Below, in pieces: positions 27,938-37,774 of a stretch of DNA of 64,000 nucleotides. Position 1 is the first letter of the stretch, and each line of letters starts with the position of its first letter. A program made the translations under genes and the position numbers. Source of the stretch: a bacterium (GTDB lineage: Bacteria; Patescibacteriota; Microgenomatia; Curtissbacterales; GWA2-41-24). Where the stretch lies: positions 73,744 to 137,743 of the forward strand of contig JAKAJD010000001.1 in assembly GCA_021813945.1 (NCBI GenBank). Reading direction: 5' to 3'. The notes beneath the pieces were generated by a model. The model was not told the DNA's origin, did no database searches, and saw only the letters and a program-made list of their open reading frames with translations.

Positions 27938-29031
27938 TTTTTTCCAACGAAGAAGTTTTTTACTTGCGAAATAACTTCATCCTGGTCGGTTTCCTTAAGG
28001 CTAGGATAAATGGGAAGACTTAAAATTTTGGCTTGTATTTCTTCGGTGACATCAAGCCGCTCATCTGCGAATTCCTTAAAAGCCGGCTGTCTGTAAGTAG
28101 GGTAGGGGTAATGGATATCAGACCCAACGCCATGTTGTTTGAGGTATTTTTTCAGCCTGTCGCGTTCTTTGGTTGCAATCACAAAAAGATGGTTTGCCGA
28201 TTTTGCTTTTGGGATGATTTTTTGAAATCTTAATTTAAGAGCAGATAATTTGTCTCTATACCGTGCGGCTATTTTCTCTCTCATCGTGTTTTCATCAGAA
28301 AGAACAGACAATTTTACTCTTAAAATCGCAGCTTGAATTTCATCAAGCCTACTGTGAGGGTAAGCACTTACATGCCAAAATCTTTTGGTTTGGCCCCCAT
28401 GTCTTAATATTTTGACCGCCGCAAAAACGCTCTTGTTATTTGTTGTAACCGCACCTCCATCACCAAAAGCGCCTAAATTTTTGGTTGGATAAAAACTAAA
28501 TGCTCCCGCATCACCAAAAGTACCTACCAATTTTTCTTCTATCATTGCACCGTTTGCTTGGCAAGCATCTTCAACAACTTTAATTTTTGCATCTTTCGCG
28601 AAGTCCAAAACCTTTTTCATATCGCATGGATTACCATAAATATGAACCGGCATAATAGCTTTAACTTTCAAATCCATTTTTCTGCTTGCTTCAGCGACAT
28701 CAATAGTCCAGCCATTAGGGTCAATATCGCAAAAAACTGGAATAGCTCCAGCTTCTAAAATCGCAATAATTGTAAAGGGCGAAGTGAATGAGACTGTCAA
28801 AACCTTATCACCTACCCCTATTCCTAGCGCTTTTAGCGAAAGTGTAAGCGAATCGGTTCCGCTGCCAACACCACAAATAAATTTGCTACCGATAAACTCG
28901 CCAAATTCGGATTCAAACTTTTCTAGCTGTTGACTCAAGATGTAAGAATTTGACTTTACAACCTCATCGATTGCCAATCGAATTTTTTTCAATATCTGAG
29001 GATTCGTCGTTAAATCAGTAACAGGAATCAT
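27934..29031 (-). CDS. DegT/DnrJ/EryC1-family PLP-dependent sugar aminotransferase (PglE/PseC-like)
   Basis: GVGSGTDSLTLSLKALG, KAIMPVHIYG and the Lys-containing FSFYPTKNLGAFGDGGAV. The track start is TTG 29070; the first ATG gives the typical N-terminus MIPVTDL at 29031. Confidence 0.85.
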   Translation of the reverse strand: MIPVTDLTTNPQILKKIRLAIDEVVKSNSYILSQQLEKFESEFGEFIGSKFICGVGSGTDSLTLSLKALGIGVGDKVLTVSFTSPFTIIAILEAGAIPVFCDIDPNGWTIDVAEASRKMDLKVKAIMPVHIYGNPCDMKKVLDFAKDAKIKVVEDACQANGAMIEEKLVGTFGDAGAFSFYPTKNLGAFGDGGAVTTNNKSVFAAVKILRHGGQTKRFWHVSAYPHSRLDEIQAAILRVKLSVLSDENTMREKIAARYRDKLSALKLRFQKIIPKAKSANHLFVIATKERDRLKKYLKQHGVGSDIHYPYPTYRQPAFKEFADERLDVTEEIQAKILSLPIYPSLKETDQDEVISQVKNFFVGKK

Positions 29032-29032
29032 A

Positions 29033-30016
29033 TTAGAAATAATATTTCTTGTTTGCCATATAATAGTCAATAGTTTTTTTAATTCCTTCGTTTATATCTG
29101 TTTTTGGTTTCCAGCCGCAAACTTTACCTATTTTTGATATATCGGCAATGTAGTCTCCAACTTCAATTTTTTTTCTATTTTTCGGAAATTCGATTATTCT
29201 GATTTTACCCGAACCCCACACCTTTATTATTGATTGGGTAAAGCCTAAAAGAGAAATTGGCATCCCTCCTAAGTTATAAACTTGTTCATCAGCTTTTTTT
29301 AAGTTACCAGCCTTAAGGCAAGCCAGAACTACATCATCTACGTAATTAACATCCCTAATCTGCTTGCCGCCACCCATGAGCGAGACAGTTTTCCCTTCCA
29401 TGATTTGTCTTATAAACCAATTTAAAACACCTTGTTTAGAGTGTTTCATCTGGTGCCTTGGCCCAAAAGTATTGGTCATTCTAAGTGAGACAACTTGTAT
29501 TCCATAAACTTTTTGATACATAAAATGATATTTCTCTCCGGCTATCGCATCAACACCATTTATGTCGGTCGGCTCTAAGGGGTGGCTTTCATCGACCGGC
29601 AAATAGTGCGCTTTTCCATACTGGTTTCTCGTTCCAGCATAAACAATCTTCACCCCTCTGTTATATTTTTTACAAGCTTCAAGCAAACATAATTGAGCTC
29701 GGCAATTTATATCCAAATCCAAAAAGGGATTTGCCATACTATCCACGTGAGAAAGTGTTCCGGCAAGATTGAAAATAATATCTTTACCCTTAACCGCCCT
29801 TGCAATCTCCTTATCGTTACGTAAGTCGGCAATTTTTAATCTGACAAAGCTTCTAACTGGTTTAATATTAAATTTATTGCCACCCATACCAGGTACTAGT
29901 GAATCATATATTTCAACATTTGCTCCGCGCTCAACGAGTGCAATTGCCAAGTTACTTCCAATAAATCCGAGCCCACCTGTTATGAGTACTCGTTTGTTTT
30001 TGTATAAATTAGTCAT
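29033..30016 (-). CDS. extended SDR nucleotide-sugar epimerase/dehydratase (UXS/ArnA-C-related)
   Basis: VLITGGLGFIGSNLAIAL. YxxxK. LRMTNTFGPR...NWFIRQ resembles the UXS segment RIFNTFGPRM...SNFI. Confidence 0.7.
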   Translation of the reverse strand: MTNLYKNKRVLITGGLGFIGSNLAIALVERGANVEIYDSLVPGMGGNKFNIKPVRSFVRLKIADLRNDKEIARAVKGKDIIFNLAGTLSHVDSMANPFLDLDINCRAQLCLLEACKKYNRGVKIVYAGTRNQYGKAHYLPVDESHPLEPTDINGVDAIAGEKYHFMYQKVYGIQVVSLRMTNTFGPRHQMKHSKQGVLNWFIRQIMEGKTVSLMGGGKQIRDVNYVDDVVLACLKAGNLKKADEQVYNLGGMPISLLGFTQSIIKVWGSGKIRIIEFPKNRKKIEVGDYIADISKIGKVCGWKPKTDINEGIKKTIDYYMANKKYYF

Positions 30017-30740
30017 ATCGTTTTAAAATTATTAAATTCCGCCACAAGTCTATTTGTTCAACAAGTGTCTTAGAAATCCGCCTAAAGTTAAAAAATTGTG
30101 AATGTCCATAAAGCCTAGGATAATGATGCACGCCAACCTCCGAGAATTTAGCACCATGCTTTTGAAGCTTTTTAACCAGTTCGACGCAAATGACTCCACT
30201 ATCGTAATGCAAATTTATCTTATTGAGAGCTTTTCTTCTAATTAGCCTAAAATCGCAGTCTATGTCTCTCACTTTTATGTTAAAAACCAGTCTGGAAAAA
30301 TGATGATAAAGTGTACCTATTACCATTCGGTAAAAAGCGTCATGCCTCTTCAATTTATAGCCTTGAACCACATCAATATTTGAAGTCATTCTTGGAAGCA
30401 ACTTTAAAATTTCTTTTACGTCGTATTGACCGTCACCATCTGTATAGAATACCAACTCTTTAGTTGCATATTTAAAACCTGATTTTAGCGCACCTCCGTA
30501 ACCTCGATTTTTTTTATGAAAGATTAACTTAAGGTTAAAATTTTTTTCTGCCAAATCTCTTAAAATTTTACGACTGTTATCTGTCGAACCGTCATCTACA
30601 ACAATCACTTCCCAATCCCGCGCAACCTTTTTTAAAACCTCACTCGCTTCTACGACGAGCTTACTAATTGAGCTCTCGTCGTTGTAGCAGGGAAAAAATA
30701 CTGAAATCGAAGGTTTCAATTTCAATTCGCTCTCAGCCAT
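30009..30740 (-). CDS. GT2 glycosyltransferase, short DPM1/ArnC-like polyprenyl-phosphate sugar synthase
   Basis: SVFFPCYNDE ... VVDDGSTDNS ... TDGDGQY motifs. The track start is GTG 30788; the first ATG (MAESELK) is at 30740. Confidence 0.75.
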   Translation of the reverse strand: MAESELKLKPSISVFFPCYNDESSISKLVVEASEVLKKVARDWEVIVVDDGSTDNSRKILRDLAEKNFNLKLIFHKKNRGYGGALKSGFKYATKELVFYTDGDGQYDVKEILKLLPRMTSNIDVVQGYKLKRHDAFYRMVIGTLYHHFSRLVFNIKVRDIDCDFRLIRRKALNKINLHYDSGVICVELVKKLQKHGAKFSEVGVHHYPRLYGHSQFFNFRRISKTLVEQIDLWRNLIILKRYD

Positions 30741-31675
30741 AAAATATACCTTTTTAAACCTTCCTTGAGGTCCGTTTCCGGCTTCCACCCTAGTAATCTG
30801 TTTGCTTTTTTAATGTCTGCCCATGTGTTTTCCATATCACCCGCACATTTACTGAGCTTTATTATTTTAGTTTTTTTGCCAGTTACATACTCAATCATTT
30901 TTATGAAATCTGAAATAACAATTGGATGATTATTTCCAAGATTTATCACCTCAAAACCGGATTCTTTTTCTAGCGATAAAACAATACCATTTGTAATATC
31001 ATCAACAAATGTGTAATCTCGACTTGATAATCCATCGCCATACTGTTGTATTGTCTCACCATTAAAGATTTTTTTTGTAAAAATAGCCGGGGCCATGTCT
31101 GGCCGGCTTCTTGGGCCATAAACCGTAAAAAAACGGAGGATTGTGCAGTTAAGGTCGAACGACTTGTGAAACGATTCGACAAAAAATTCAGCAGAGCGCT
31201 TTGATGCTCCATAAGGTGAAATTATTTGATCACAAGGATCACTTTCCGAAAAAGGCAATTGTTTAGAATTGCCATAAACGGAAGAGGAAGAGCCGAAAAT
31301 AAACCTTTTGACTTTATAATCAACGCTGAGCTTTAAAAGATTTACTGTTCCTAAAACATTTACCTTCGCGTATAATTTCGGTTTGTTAATAGACGGTCTA
31401 ACGCCGGCTCTAGCCGCCAAATGGACAATAACATCGATTTTCTCATTTCTAAAAATCCTCTCGAGTTTGTTGAGATTTAATATATCCTCGCGGTACAGCT
31501 TAAAATTGTGTTTTTTTAAAACACTAATAATATTTTCCTCTTTGATTTTAGGGTCGTAATAATCATTGAAATTATCAACACCAATCACGTCATATTTTCG
31601 CAAGAGCAACTTTTCGACCAAGTTAGAACCAATAAACCCGGCAGCGCCTGTAACCAGAATTTTTGATTTAGACAT
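30722..31675 (-). CDS. extended SDR, UDP-glucuronate 4-epimerase-like
   Basis: ILVTGAAGFIGSNLVEKLL...VDNFNDYYD and LRFFTVYGPRSRPDMAPAIF match the UDP-GlcA 4-epimerase signature RFFTVYGPWGRPDMA. Confidence 0.7.
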   Translation of the reverse strand: MSKSKILVTGAAGFIGSNLVEKLLLRKYDVIGVDNFNDYYDPKIKEENIISVLKKHNFKLYREDILNLNKLERIFRNEKIDVIVHLAARAGVRPSINKPKLYAKVNVLGTVNLLKLSVDYKVKRFIFGSSSSVYGNSKQLPFSESDPCDQIISPYGASKRSAEFFVESFHKSFDLNCTILRFFTVYGPRSRPDMAPAIFTKKIFNGETIQQYGDGLSSRDYTFVDDITNGIVLSLEKESGFEVINLGNNHPIVISDFIKMIEYVTGKKTKIIKLSKCAGDMENTWADIKKANRLLGWKPETDLKEGLKRYILWLRAN

Positions 31676-33011
31676 GGATTAATTTTTTGCTACCACTAGC
31701 GGCTATTGCCAAAAGCAATATTTGTGATGCAGTGAAATAGTAATTAGAGTTTCCAATTGGTCCTAAAAAAATTGTGGTTATAAACACAAGACCAATTATT
31801 GTTAACATTTTAGCCAAATTTACTGTCGAAGGAATCAGTAGCCAAAAAACTATAACTGAAATTACAGCTAACAAAGGAAAAACAAACTGGGGTGGGTAAT
31901 AATGAAATTGCCGATCAATAAATGTTGAAAACGTAAGCGAAAATCTCTGGATTTGCGCAAAAGACGCTCCGCCAATGTTGATAGTTACGATGCTTTTATA
32001 AAAAGCTTTCCAGTCGAGTAGGGCAAAAGGCAAATGGAGTGCAAAAAAAGCAAGAATTCCTGCCAACACAATTTTTTTATTGGCAAAATTCTCATTCTTT
32101 AAAAGAAAAAGCAGCGGCAAAGCGTAAAATATCTTAACAGATACTGTTAGGGCTAAGAAAATACCGGACAAAACATATCTGCGGTTTAGAAAAAAAAGAA
32201 TACCCAAAAAAAACAATGAAGTTATTAATACATCGGTAGCAGAAAAAGTTAAAAAAGAAAATTGCCTGGGATTAAAAAGGTAAATTAGCGAAATTATTTG
32301 AGAAATCTCTTGGTCCGACCAAAATCTCATTGAAATTTTATAGAGGGAAATTGCAGCTAGAAAATTGGCAACAATGAGTAGATAGCGTGGCTCGTGAAAT
32401 ATTAAGTCAAATGGCAAAAATAATAAAATTGTTGCTGGTCCGTAAGCAAAATGGCTATATCCAAAATTTTTTACCTCGAACTGAGAATTAGTAGCTGCCG
32501 TTTCATAAGGATTTTGAAGGGACACAAGTCGTAAAGGTCCATATCTTAACACTTGGTAAACGTCAATGTTTGGAACTTTAACTATCCTGATTAGACTAAG
32601 TTGAATAATAAACGAGATCAATAATATCAACAAAAATTTATTTTTCAGAATTTTATATAAGATCGTTTTGTCAGATTTTTTTATGAAATAAAGAAGAATT
32701 AAAATAGGCGCAAGAAACATCGCAAATCGATTAACCCACATTGCCAAACTTAAAAATCCGTTTACATCTTCGACATTTAAAGTGAAGGCAAAAATCGAAA
32801 ACATAAACAAAATGATTATTAAAATAGACTTAAAATCTGCAGTTAATGTTATCCCTATGCTTTTTTTCATAAAGACAATAACTAAAAGCAAAAAGACTGT
32901 AGCAAGCAACAGATAAAAACCGCTTGTTGAAAACCATAGGTTAACACTGTAAATGAATGTTGAGAAGAGAAAAGCTGCAATAAGAAATGTCAGATTAAGT
33001 CTACTTGTCAT
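31668..33011 (-). CDS. polytopic membrane protein, DUF2029/GT87-like putative GT-C
   Basis: 447 aa, about 12 TM helices. LQNPYETAA...FAYGPATILLFLPF segment is similar to the YPP-motif proteins at 14592 and 45159. Confidence 0.4.
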   Translation of the reverse strand: MTSRLNLTFLIAAFLFSTFIYSVNLWFSTSGFYLLLATVFLLLVIVFMKKSIGITLTADFKSILIIILFMFSIFAFTLNVEDVNGFLSLAMWVNRFAMFLAPILILLYFIKKSDKTILYKILKNKFLLILLISFIIQLSLIRIVKVPNIDVYQVLRYGPLRLVSLQNPYETAATNSQFEVKNFGYSHFAYGPATILLFLPFDLIFHEPRYLLIVANFLAAISLYKISMRFWSDQEISQIISLIYLFNPRQFSFLTFSATDVLITSLFFLGILFFLNRRYVLSGIFLALTVSVKIFYALPLLFLLKNENFANKKIVLAGILAFFALHLPFALLDWKAFYKSIVTINIGGASFAQIQRFSLTFSTFIDRQFHYYPPQFVFPLLAVISVIVFWLLIPSTVNLAKMLTIIGLVFITTIFLGPIGNSNYYFTASQILLLAIAASGSKKLIHV

Positions 33012-33649
33012 CTCTTTTGAGCTTTGATTAAAACTTCCATACCTAGATTTGTGTATTTAATACTTAAGATTCTAAAACCTGAAGCCTTAATTTTTTTGGT
33101 TAAATCTTTAGGCTTTAAACAATTTATGTGGCTATGGTTCCATACAGAACCTTTCCATTTTGTCCAGAACCACCAAACTGTTCTAAAAAGCATGCTATCT
33201 GTATCTTGAATAACAATTAAATTACCCTTTCTTTTTAAGACCCTGTTTATCTCTGAAAGAGCTTGATCTGGGTCGTGCAAATGCTCTAGAGTTTCTACTG
33301 CTAGTACTATATCGAAAGAACTTTTCCTAAATGGCAACTTATGAGCATCTCCATGCAGGAAGGTGATATTCTGTTTAGTTTTTATTGCATATTTTATGGC
33401 GTTTGCGTATTTATCGATGCCGGTTATAGCAATTTTCGGGAATAGTTTTTTGATTGCTGCAGCCGTTGTGCCATCAGCGCAACCAATATCAAGAAGCTTA
33501 GTGTGACGATTCTCCAGCAGTTTTGCTAGATTGCTCCATTTATGTTGATGCCAATATTTTTGAAATAAATTGCTTTTCGTCCCACTTTCATAATAATCAG
33601 GTGGAACCTGTTTTAATATTTCTTCAAATTGTGCTGAATCCGGGCTCAT
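33008..33649 (-). CDS. class I SAM-dependent methyltransferase
   Basis: Motif I LLDIGCADGTT. FDIVLAVETLEHL. Confidence 0.7.
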   Translation of the reverse strand: MSPDSAQFEEILKQVPPDYYESGTKSNLFQKYWHQHKWSNLAKLLENRHTKLLDIGCADGTTAAAIKKLFPKIAITGIDKYANAIKYAIKTKQNITFLHGDAHKLPFRKSSFDIVLAVETLEHLHDPDQALSEINRVLKRKGNLIVIQDTDSMLFRTVWWFWTKWKGSVWNHSHINCLKPKDLTKKIKASGFRILSIKYTNLGMEVLIKAQKR

Positions 33650-34605
33650 AAAACCTTTTTAAAATAATTTATCGTCTCCAAGAGGCCTGTCTCAAGGTTA
33701 ACTTTAGGTTGCCAGCCCAAAAGTACCCTTGCTTTTTGAATGTCAGGCTTTCTTTGCTTAGGATCGTCTTGGGGAAGATCGTTATAAGAAATTTCGCTTT
33801 CAGAATTAGTCAGTCTTTTGATTGTTTTTGCAAACTCCAGAATCGTTTTTTCGTCAGGGTTACCAATATTTATTACCTCTCCCTTGGCGCTCTCTGTTTC
33901 CATTGCATTTATTAAGCCTTCGACCTGATCTGAAACGTAGCAAAATGATCGAGTCTGGCTTCCTGAACCATATATGGTCAAAGGCTTGTTTTCCAGAGCT
34001 TCTTTTATAAAATTCACGACAGCCCTGCCCTCATTCACATTCATTCTTGGTCCATAAGTATTAAAAATTCTAACAATTCTTCCATCCATCGCTTTTTCTC
34101 TGACAAACGCGGCCACAATAGTTTCTCCAAATCTCTTAGATTCATCGTAAACTGAGCGTGGTCCGGTTGTAGAAACATTACCCCTGTAATTTTCATCCTG
34201 CGGAGATTTTTCCGGATCGCCATAAATTTCTGAAGTTGAGGCAAATAAAAGCCTTGCACCAGTTTTAAGCGCTAAATCGCACATATTCCAAGTCCCTATA
34301 CTATTTACTTTCATTGTCTCAAACGGATGTGCAATATACGAAACTCTAGAATGCGCATTTGGGTCTGCGGGGGATGCCAAATGGTAGATTTCATCAATTT
34401 TACTAAATTTCCGATTTAAAAAAGGCTGACTGACATCAAAGTTAATAAAATTAAAATTTTTCTTTGAGAGTAAATGAGCAACATTTTTTTCTGTTCCTGA
34501 GATTAAATTATCCAAACAGATTACTGTGTCACCGCGCTCGGTTGCAAAGTCACACAAATGGCTGCCTATAAATCCAGCTCCCCCGGAAATCAGTATTGTT
34601 TTCAT
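33646..34605 (-). CDS. UDP-glucuronate decarboxylase (UXS / ArnA C-terminal domain-like)
   Basis: Matches the UXS family along the whole length: ILISGGAGFIGSHL, DNLISG, YHLASPA, STSEIYGDP, YDESKR, RIFNTYGPRMNVNEGRAVVNFI, GSGSQTRSF, DDPKQRKPDI. Confidence 0.85.
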   Translation of the reverse strand: MKTILISGGAGFIGSHLCDFATERGDTVICLDNLISGTEKNVAHLLSKKNFNFINFDVSQPFLNRKFSKIDEIYHLASPADPNAHSRVSYIAHPFETMKVNSIGTWNMCDLALKTGARLLFASTSEIYGDPEKSPQDENYRGNVSTTGPRSVYDESKRFGETIVAAFVREKAMDGRIVRIFNTYGPRMNVNEGRAVVNFIKEALENKPLTIYGSGSQTRSFCYVSDQVEGLINAMETESAKGEVINIGNPDEKTILEFAKTIKRLTNSESEISYNDLPQDDPKQRKPDIQKARVLLGWQPKVNLETGLLETINYFKKVL

Positions 34606-35735
34606 AATATTTTTCCTAAAACTGCTGCGATGAAATCCATTTCAGATCGCTTTAACCTTGGATGCATTGGTAAACGGATTAAAGTAGAAGCAACCTCTTC
34701 AGTCACAGGTAGCCAGCCGGCTTTATACCCTAACTTTTTTCCCATTACAGACATATGTAGAGGCAAATAATGAAAAGAAGCTTCGACACCATACATTCTT
34801 AATTCAGAAATAACCTTGTCGCGAGAAATTCGAGGAACTCTTATAGCAAAAATATGCCAGTTGGGAGAAGTTCCGTTTGAAACTTGCGGCAAGACTAATT
34901 TTGATGATAGCTTGTTTAATTTTTTGAGTAAATACTCTGCATTCTTTTTTCTAAGATCTGTTATTTTTTCGAGTTTTTTAACTTGTTCTAGCGCAATCGC
35001 GGAAAGAATATCGGAAAGTATTAAACTACGGCCAACATTTACCCAAGAATATTTTCTTCTTTCACCTCTCATAAAAGATGAACGATTCGTACCTTTTTCT
35101 CTGATTATTTCTGCGATTTTAAAAATACTTTTGTCATTAGTTACAAAAGCTCCACCCTCACCGCTAGCAGCGTTCTTAGTTCCATGGAAGGAAAAACAGC
35201 CAATATTCCCCAAAGTACCTAAATTTTTTCCCATAAATTTTGCTCCAAGAGCATGTGCGGCATCTTCAATCACAATTAGATTATTTTTTTGGGCAATTTT
35301 GTCTATACTTTCCATATCACAAGCCATTCCGGCATAATGAACCACCATAATAGCCTTTGTTTTTTTTGTAATTTTCTTTTCTATTTCCAAAGGGTCAATG
35401 TTATAGGTGTTGATATCAATGTCAGCAAAAACCGGCTTCGCACCCGCTAGGATTACTGCGTTTGCACAGGATGAAAAAGTAAAACTTGGCATTATCACTT
35501 CTGCACCTTTTTTAATTGCACATGCACTTGCAAGCTCCAATGCGGCTGTTCCAGAACCGGTCGGTAAGACATATTTTATCCCCAAATCTTTCTCCAGTAA
35601 TTTTGCTAGCTTCTCACTGTAGGATAGATCACCTACCCCCGTACCAGATCTGATAGCATCAATTGCAGCCTTTTCTTCTTCTCGCCCCCAGAAAGTTTTA
35701 TGCAAAGGAATAGTAAATGAATTATTTTTTGACAT
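34602..35735 (-). CDS. DegT-family PLP-dependent aminotransferase, ArnB-like (UDP-4-keto-pentose aminotransferase type)
   Basis: PTGSGTAALELASACAI, KAIMVVHYAG, VIEDAAHALGA, and FSFHGTKNAASGEGG, which is close to the ArnB segment SFHAIKNITCAEGG. Confidence 0.8.
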   Translation of the reverse strand: MSKNNSFTIPLHKTFWGREEEKAAIDAIRSGTGVGDLSYSEKLAKLLEKDLGIKYVLPTGSGTAALELASACAIKKGAEVIMPSFTFSSCANAVILAGAKPVFADIDINTYNIDPLEIEKKITKKTKAIMVVHYAGMACDMESIDKIAQKNNLIVIEDAAHALGAKFMGKNLGTLGNIGCFSFHGTKNAASGEGGAFVTNDKSIFKIAEIIREKGTNRSSFMRGERRKYSWVNVGRSLILSDILSAIALEQVKKLEKITDLRKKNAEYLLKKLNKLSSKLVLPQVSNGTSPNWHIFAIRVPRISRDKVISELRMYGVEASFHYLPLHMSVMGKKLGYKAGWLPVTEEVASTLIRLPMHPRLKRSEMDFIAAVLGKIL

Positions 35736-36441
35736 TGGCTATTTGTTTTTTAAATTCTAATATGCTCCTAATATATCTAATCGTATCCGGCATAATCTTA
35801 ACGGTCGATTTCTTTTCATGCCTCCGAACAAACAAAACTGGAATCTGTGTAATTTTAAGACCCGCTAAATTTGCCCTCGCACAAATTTCAGTGTCCCAAA
35901 ACCAGTGCTTGTCCTTAACTTTTTTGAGAACTGGTAAAATAGTTTTTTTCCTGAAAAACTTATAGCCAGCTTCCGTATCGTCAACTGGAATGTTTAAAAG
36001 CACCTTGATGAGAGCCGCATAAGTATGTGATGCAACAACCCGTGTTAAAGATTTAAAACCTCTCTCGTAATACCTTTTTCCAACCACCATATCGCAGCCA
36101 TTCTCCACCTCTTTGATAAAAAGCGGAATATAACTTGGAGATACCTCACAATCGACGTCTATAAAACCACAAATTGAACCCCGTGACACTTGAATACCGT
36201 CAGTTACTGATTTCCCTCGTCCAAGATTTTTTTTATGAAAAATTACTCGAGAATTTGGAATTTTTTTTAAATTTCTCGCTAACACTTCTCTTGTCTTATC
36301 AGTACTCTTATCTTCTACAAATACAATTTCCCAGTTGCCAGAAAATTGCCTAACTTCGAAAAGAATTTTATTTAAGCTCTCTTCGAAAGTAGAGCCTTCA
36401 TTGTAACAAGCAAGTATTAGTGAATAATCAATTTTTTGCAT
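35722..36441 (-). CDS. GT2 glycosyltransferase, short DPM1/ArnC-like polyprenyl-phosphate sugar synthase
   Basis: LILACYNEG ... VEDKSTDKT ... DVDCE motifs. 239 aa. Confidence 0.75.
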   Translation of the reverse strand: MQKIDYSLILACYNEGSTFEESLNKILFEVRQFSGNWEIVFVEDKSTDKTREVLARNLKKIPNSRVIFHKKNLGRGKSVTDGIQVSRGSICGFIDVDCEVSPSYIPLFIKEVENGCDMVVGKRYYERGFKSLTRVVASHTYAALIKVLLNIPVDDTEAGYKFFRKKTILPVLKKVKDKHWFWDTEICARANLAGLKITQIPVLFVRRHEKKSTVKIMPDTIRYIRSILEFKKQIANVKK

Positions 36442-36450
36442 CGGCTCATT

Positions 36451-37722
36451 TTAAGGCAAATTGTTACAGTTCTCAAATACTGAAAAACAAGTTTTGTAAT
36501 TTTTATCCTTAAACCAAAAACCAATTGCATCACCTTGTCCTAGAGCAATATATGCATCGTAAGAACTCGAAACAGAGTTGTCTGCAAATATAAGGGTAGA
36601 TCCAGACGGCAAATTAGATCTATCTATTTGAGAAATATAATAATATGCCAGATTTGCCCGTTGTGTTACCCAATTATCCTGTTCTATAAGCTGAACACTA
36701 AAAAAAGCAATAAATATAAAAGCCAGTATCATCACAACTGCATATCTTAATTTAACCTTGCTCAAAGTCATTCCGATAAACGAGCCAACTGAAAATATTG
36801 GAATATTAATGTAGTTTGCAGCGAGGTGGGTGGGGATCAATACGAATGGGAACAAGCCTACAATAAATACTGCAAAGAAAAATTTTAGAAGCGTCAAATC
36901 CGTATACTTCTTGAGATTATTTAAGAAAAAAATTGCAATCGCAAAGACCCAAAACAGTAAAATTACTGTAACAAGCTGATCTTTTGAAACTCCAGGGAAG
37001 CCGAATGATCTTAAAATATAATATTTCAAAGCTCCCAAAACAGCAGGTGAGACCATTATTTTATATGAGTCAAAAGTACTTTTTGGGGTAAGGAATATTT
37101 TTGCAATTAGAAAGAAAAAAGAAATTAAAAATAATCCGATATTAGTTTTTAAAATCTTACCCTCTCTTCTTAAAAAATCGAAGACAAGTATAATCACCAA
37201 ACCAACAATCATTGCCTCAGAAGCTAAAATGGAAAGCGTAAAGAAGCACAAAGTCAATCTCTCTTGTTTTTTAAGATGGTAGAAAAAAGAAATAATAAAG
37301 AAGCAAAAGCCAATCGCTGTTGCTCCTCCTGAAATCCAGTAGTAAGTATTAAACTGCGAAGGGTTTACCGCGTAAATTAAAGCCGCAATAAAGGCCCCTA
37401 TCTTAGAAAACCCAAGCGCTTTTAAAGTTTTAAAAATAAAGAAACTGGCGGTCATCTGAATAACAAGCGTTAAGAAGTGATACCAAAAATAGTCCTTCCC
37501 AAAAAGATCCCCGCTTATAAGAAAGTAAAGATTATGAAAGGGCCTCCAGTGTGTAACTTGCGGCGGACCGAAAGCTCTCAGAATATCAAGTATTAGGCCG
37601 TGGCCAGAAAATTGCGAAATTAAAATAAAATCATCCTGAGCAAAAAAAGTGAAAAATCCTGCCCCGAAAACAAAAATAGCGCCTAAAAAAAGAGCTATTA
37701 AAACTAGAGTGTTTATTTTCAC
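36451..37722 (-). CDS. polytopic membrane protein, putative GT-C
   Basis: 423 aa. FFAQDDFILIS acidic pair right after the first helix. About 11 TM helices. The GTG start at 37722 overlaps the divergent ORF, so the start is uncertain. Confidence 0.45.
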   Translation of the reverse strand: MKINTLVLIALFLGAIFVFGAGFFTFFAQDDFILISQFSGHGLILDILRAFGPPQVTHWRPFHNLYFLISGDLFGKDYFWYHFLTLVIQMTASFFIFKTLKALGFSKIGAFIAALIYAVNPSQFNTYYWISGGATAIGFCFFIISFFYHLKKQERLTLCFFTLSILASEAMIVGLVIILVFDFLRREGKILKTNIGLFLISFFFLIAKIFLTPKSTFDSYKIMVSPAVLGALKYYILRSFGFPGVSKDQLVTVILLFWVFAIAIFFLNNLKKYTDLTLLKFFFAVFIVGLFPFVLIPTHLAANYINIPIFSVGSFIGMTLSKVKLRYAVVMILAFIFIAFFSVQLIEQDNWVTQRANLAYYYISQIDRSNLPSGSTLIFADNSVSSSYDAYIALGQGDAIGFWFKDKNYKTCFSVFENCNNLP

Positions 37723-37774
37723 CAGTTTATTCTATCATTGCAAACACAAATCGGCTCCTGATAATATAAAACCC

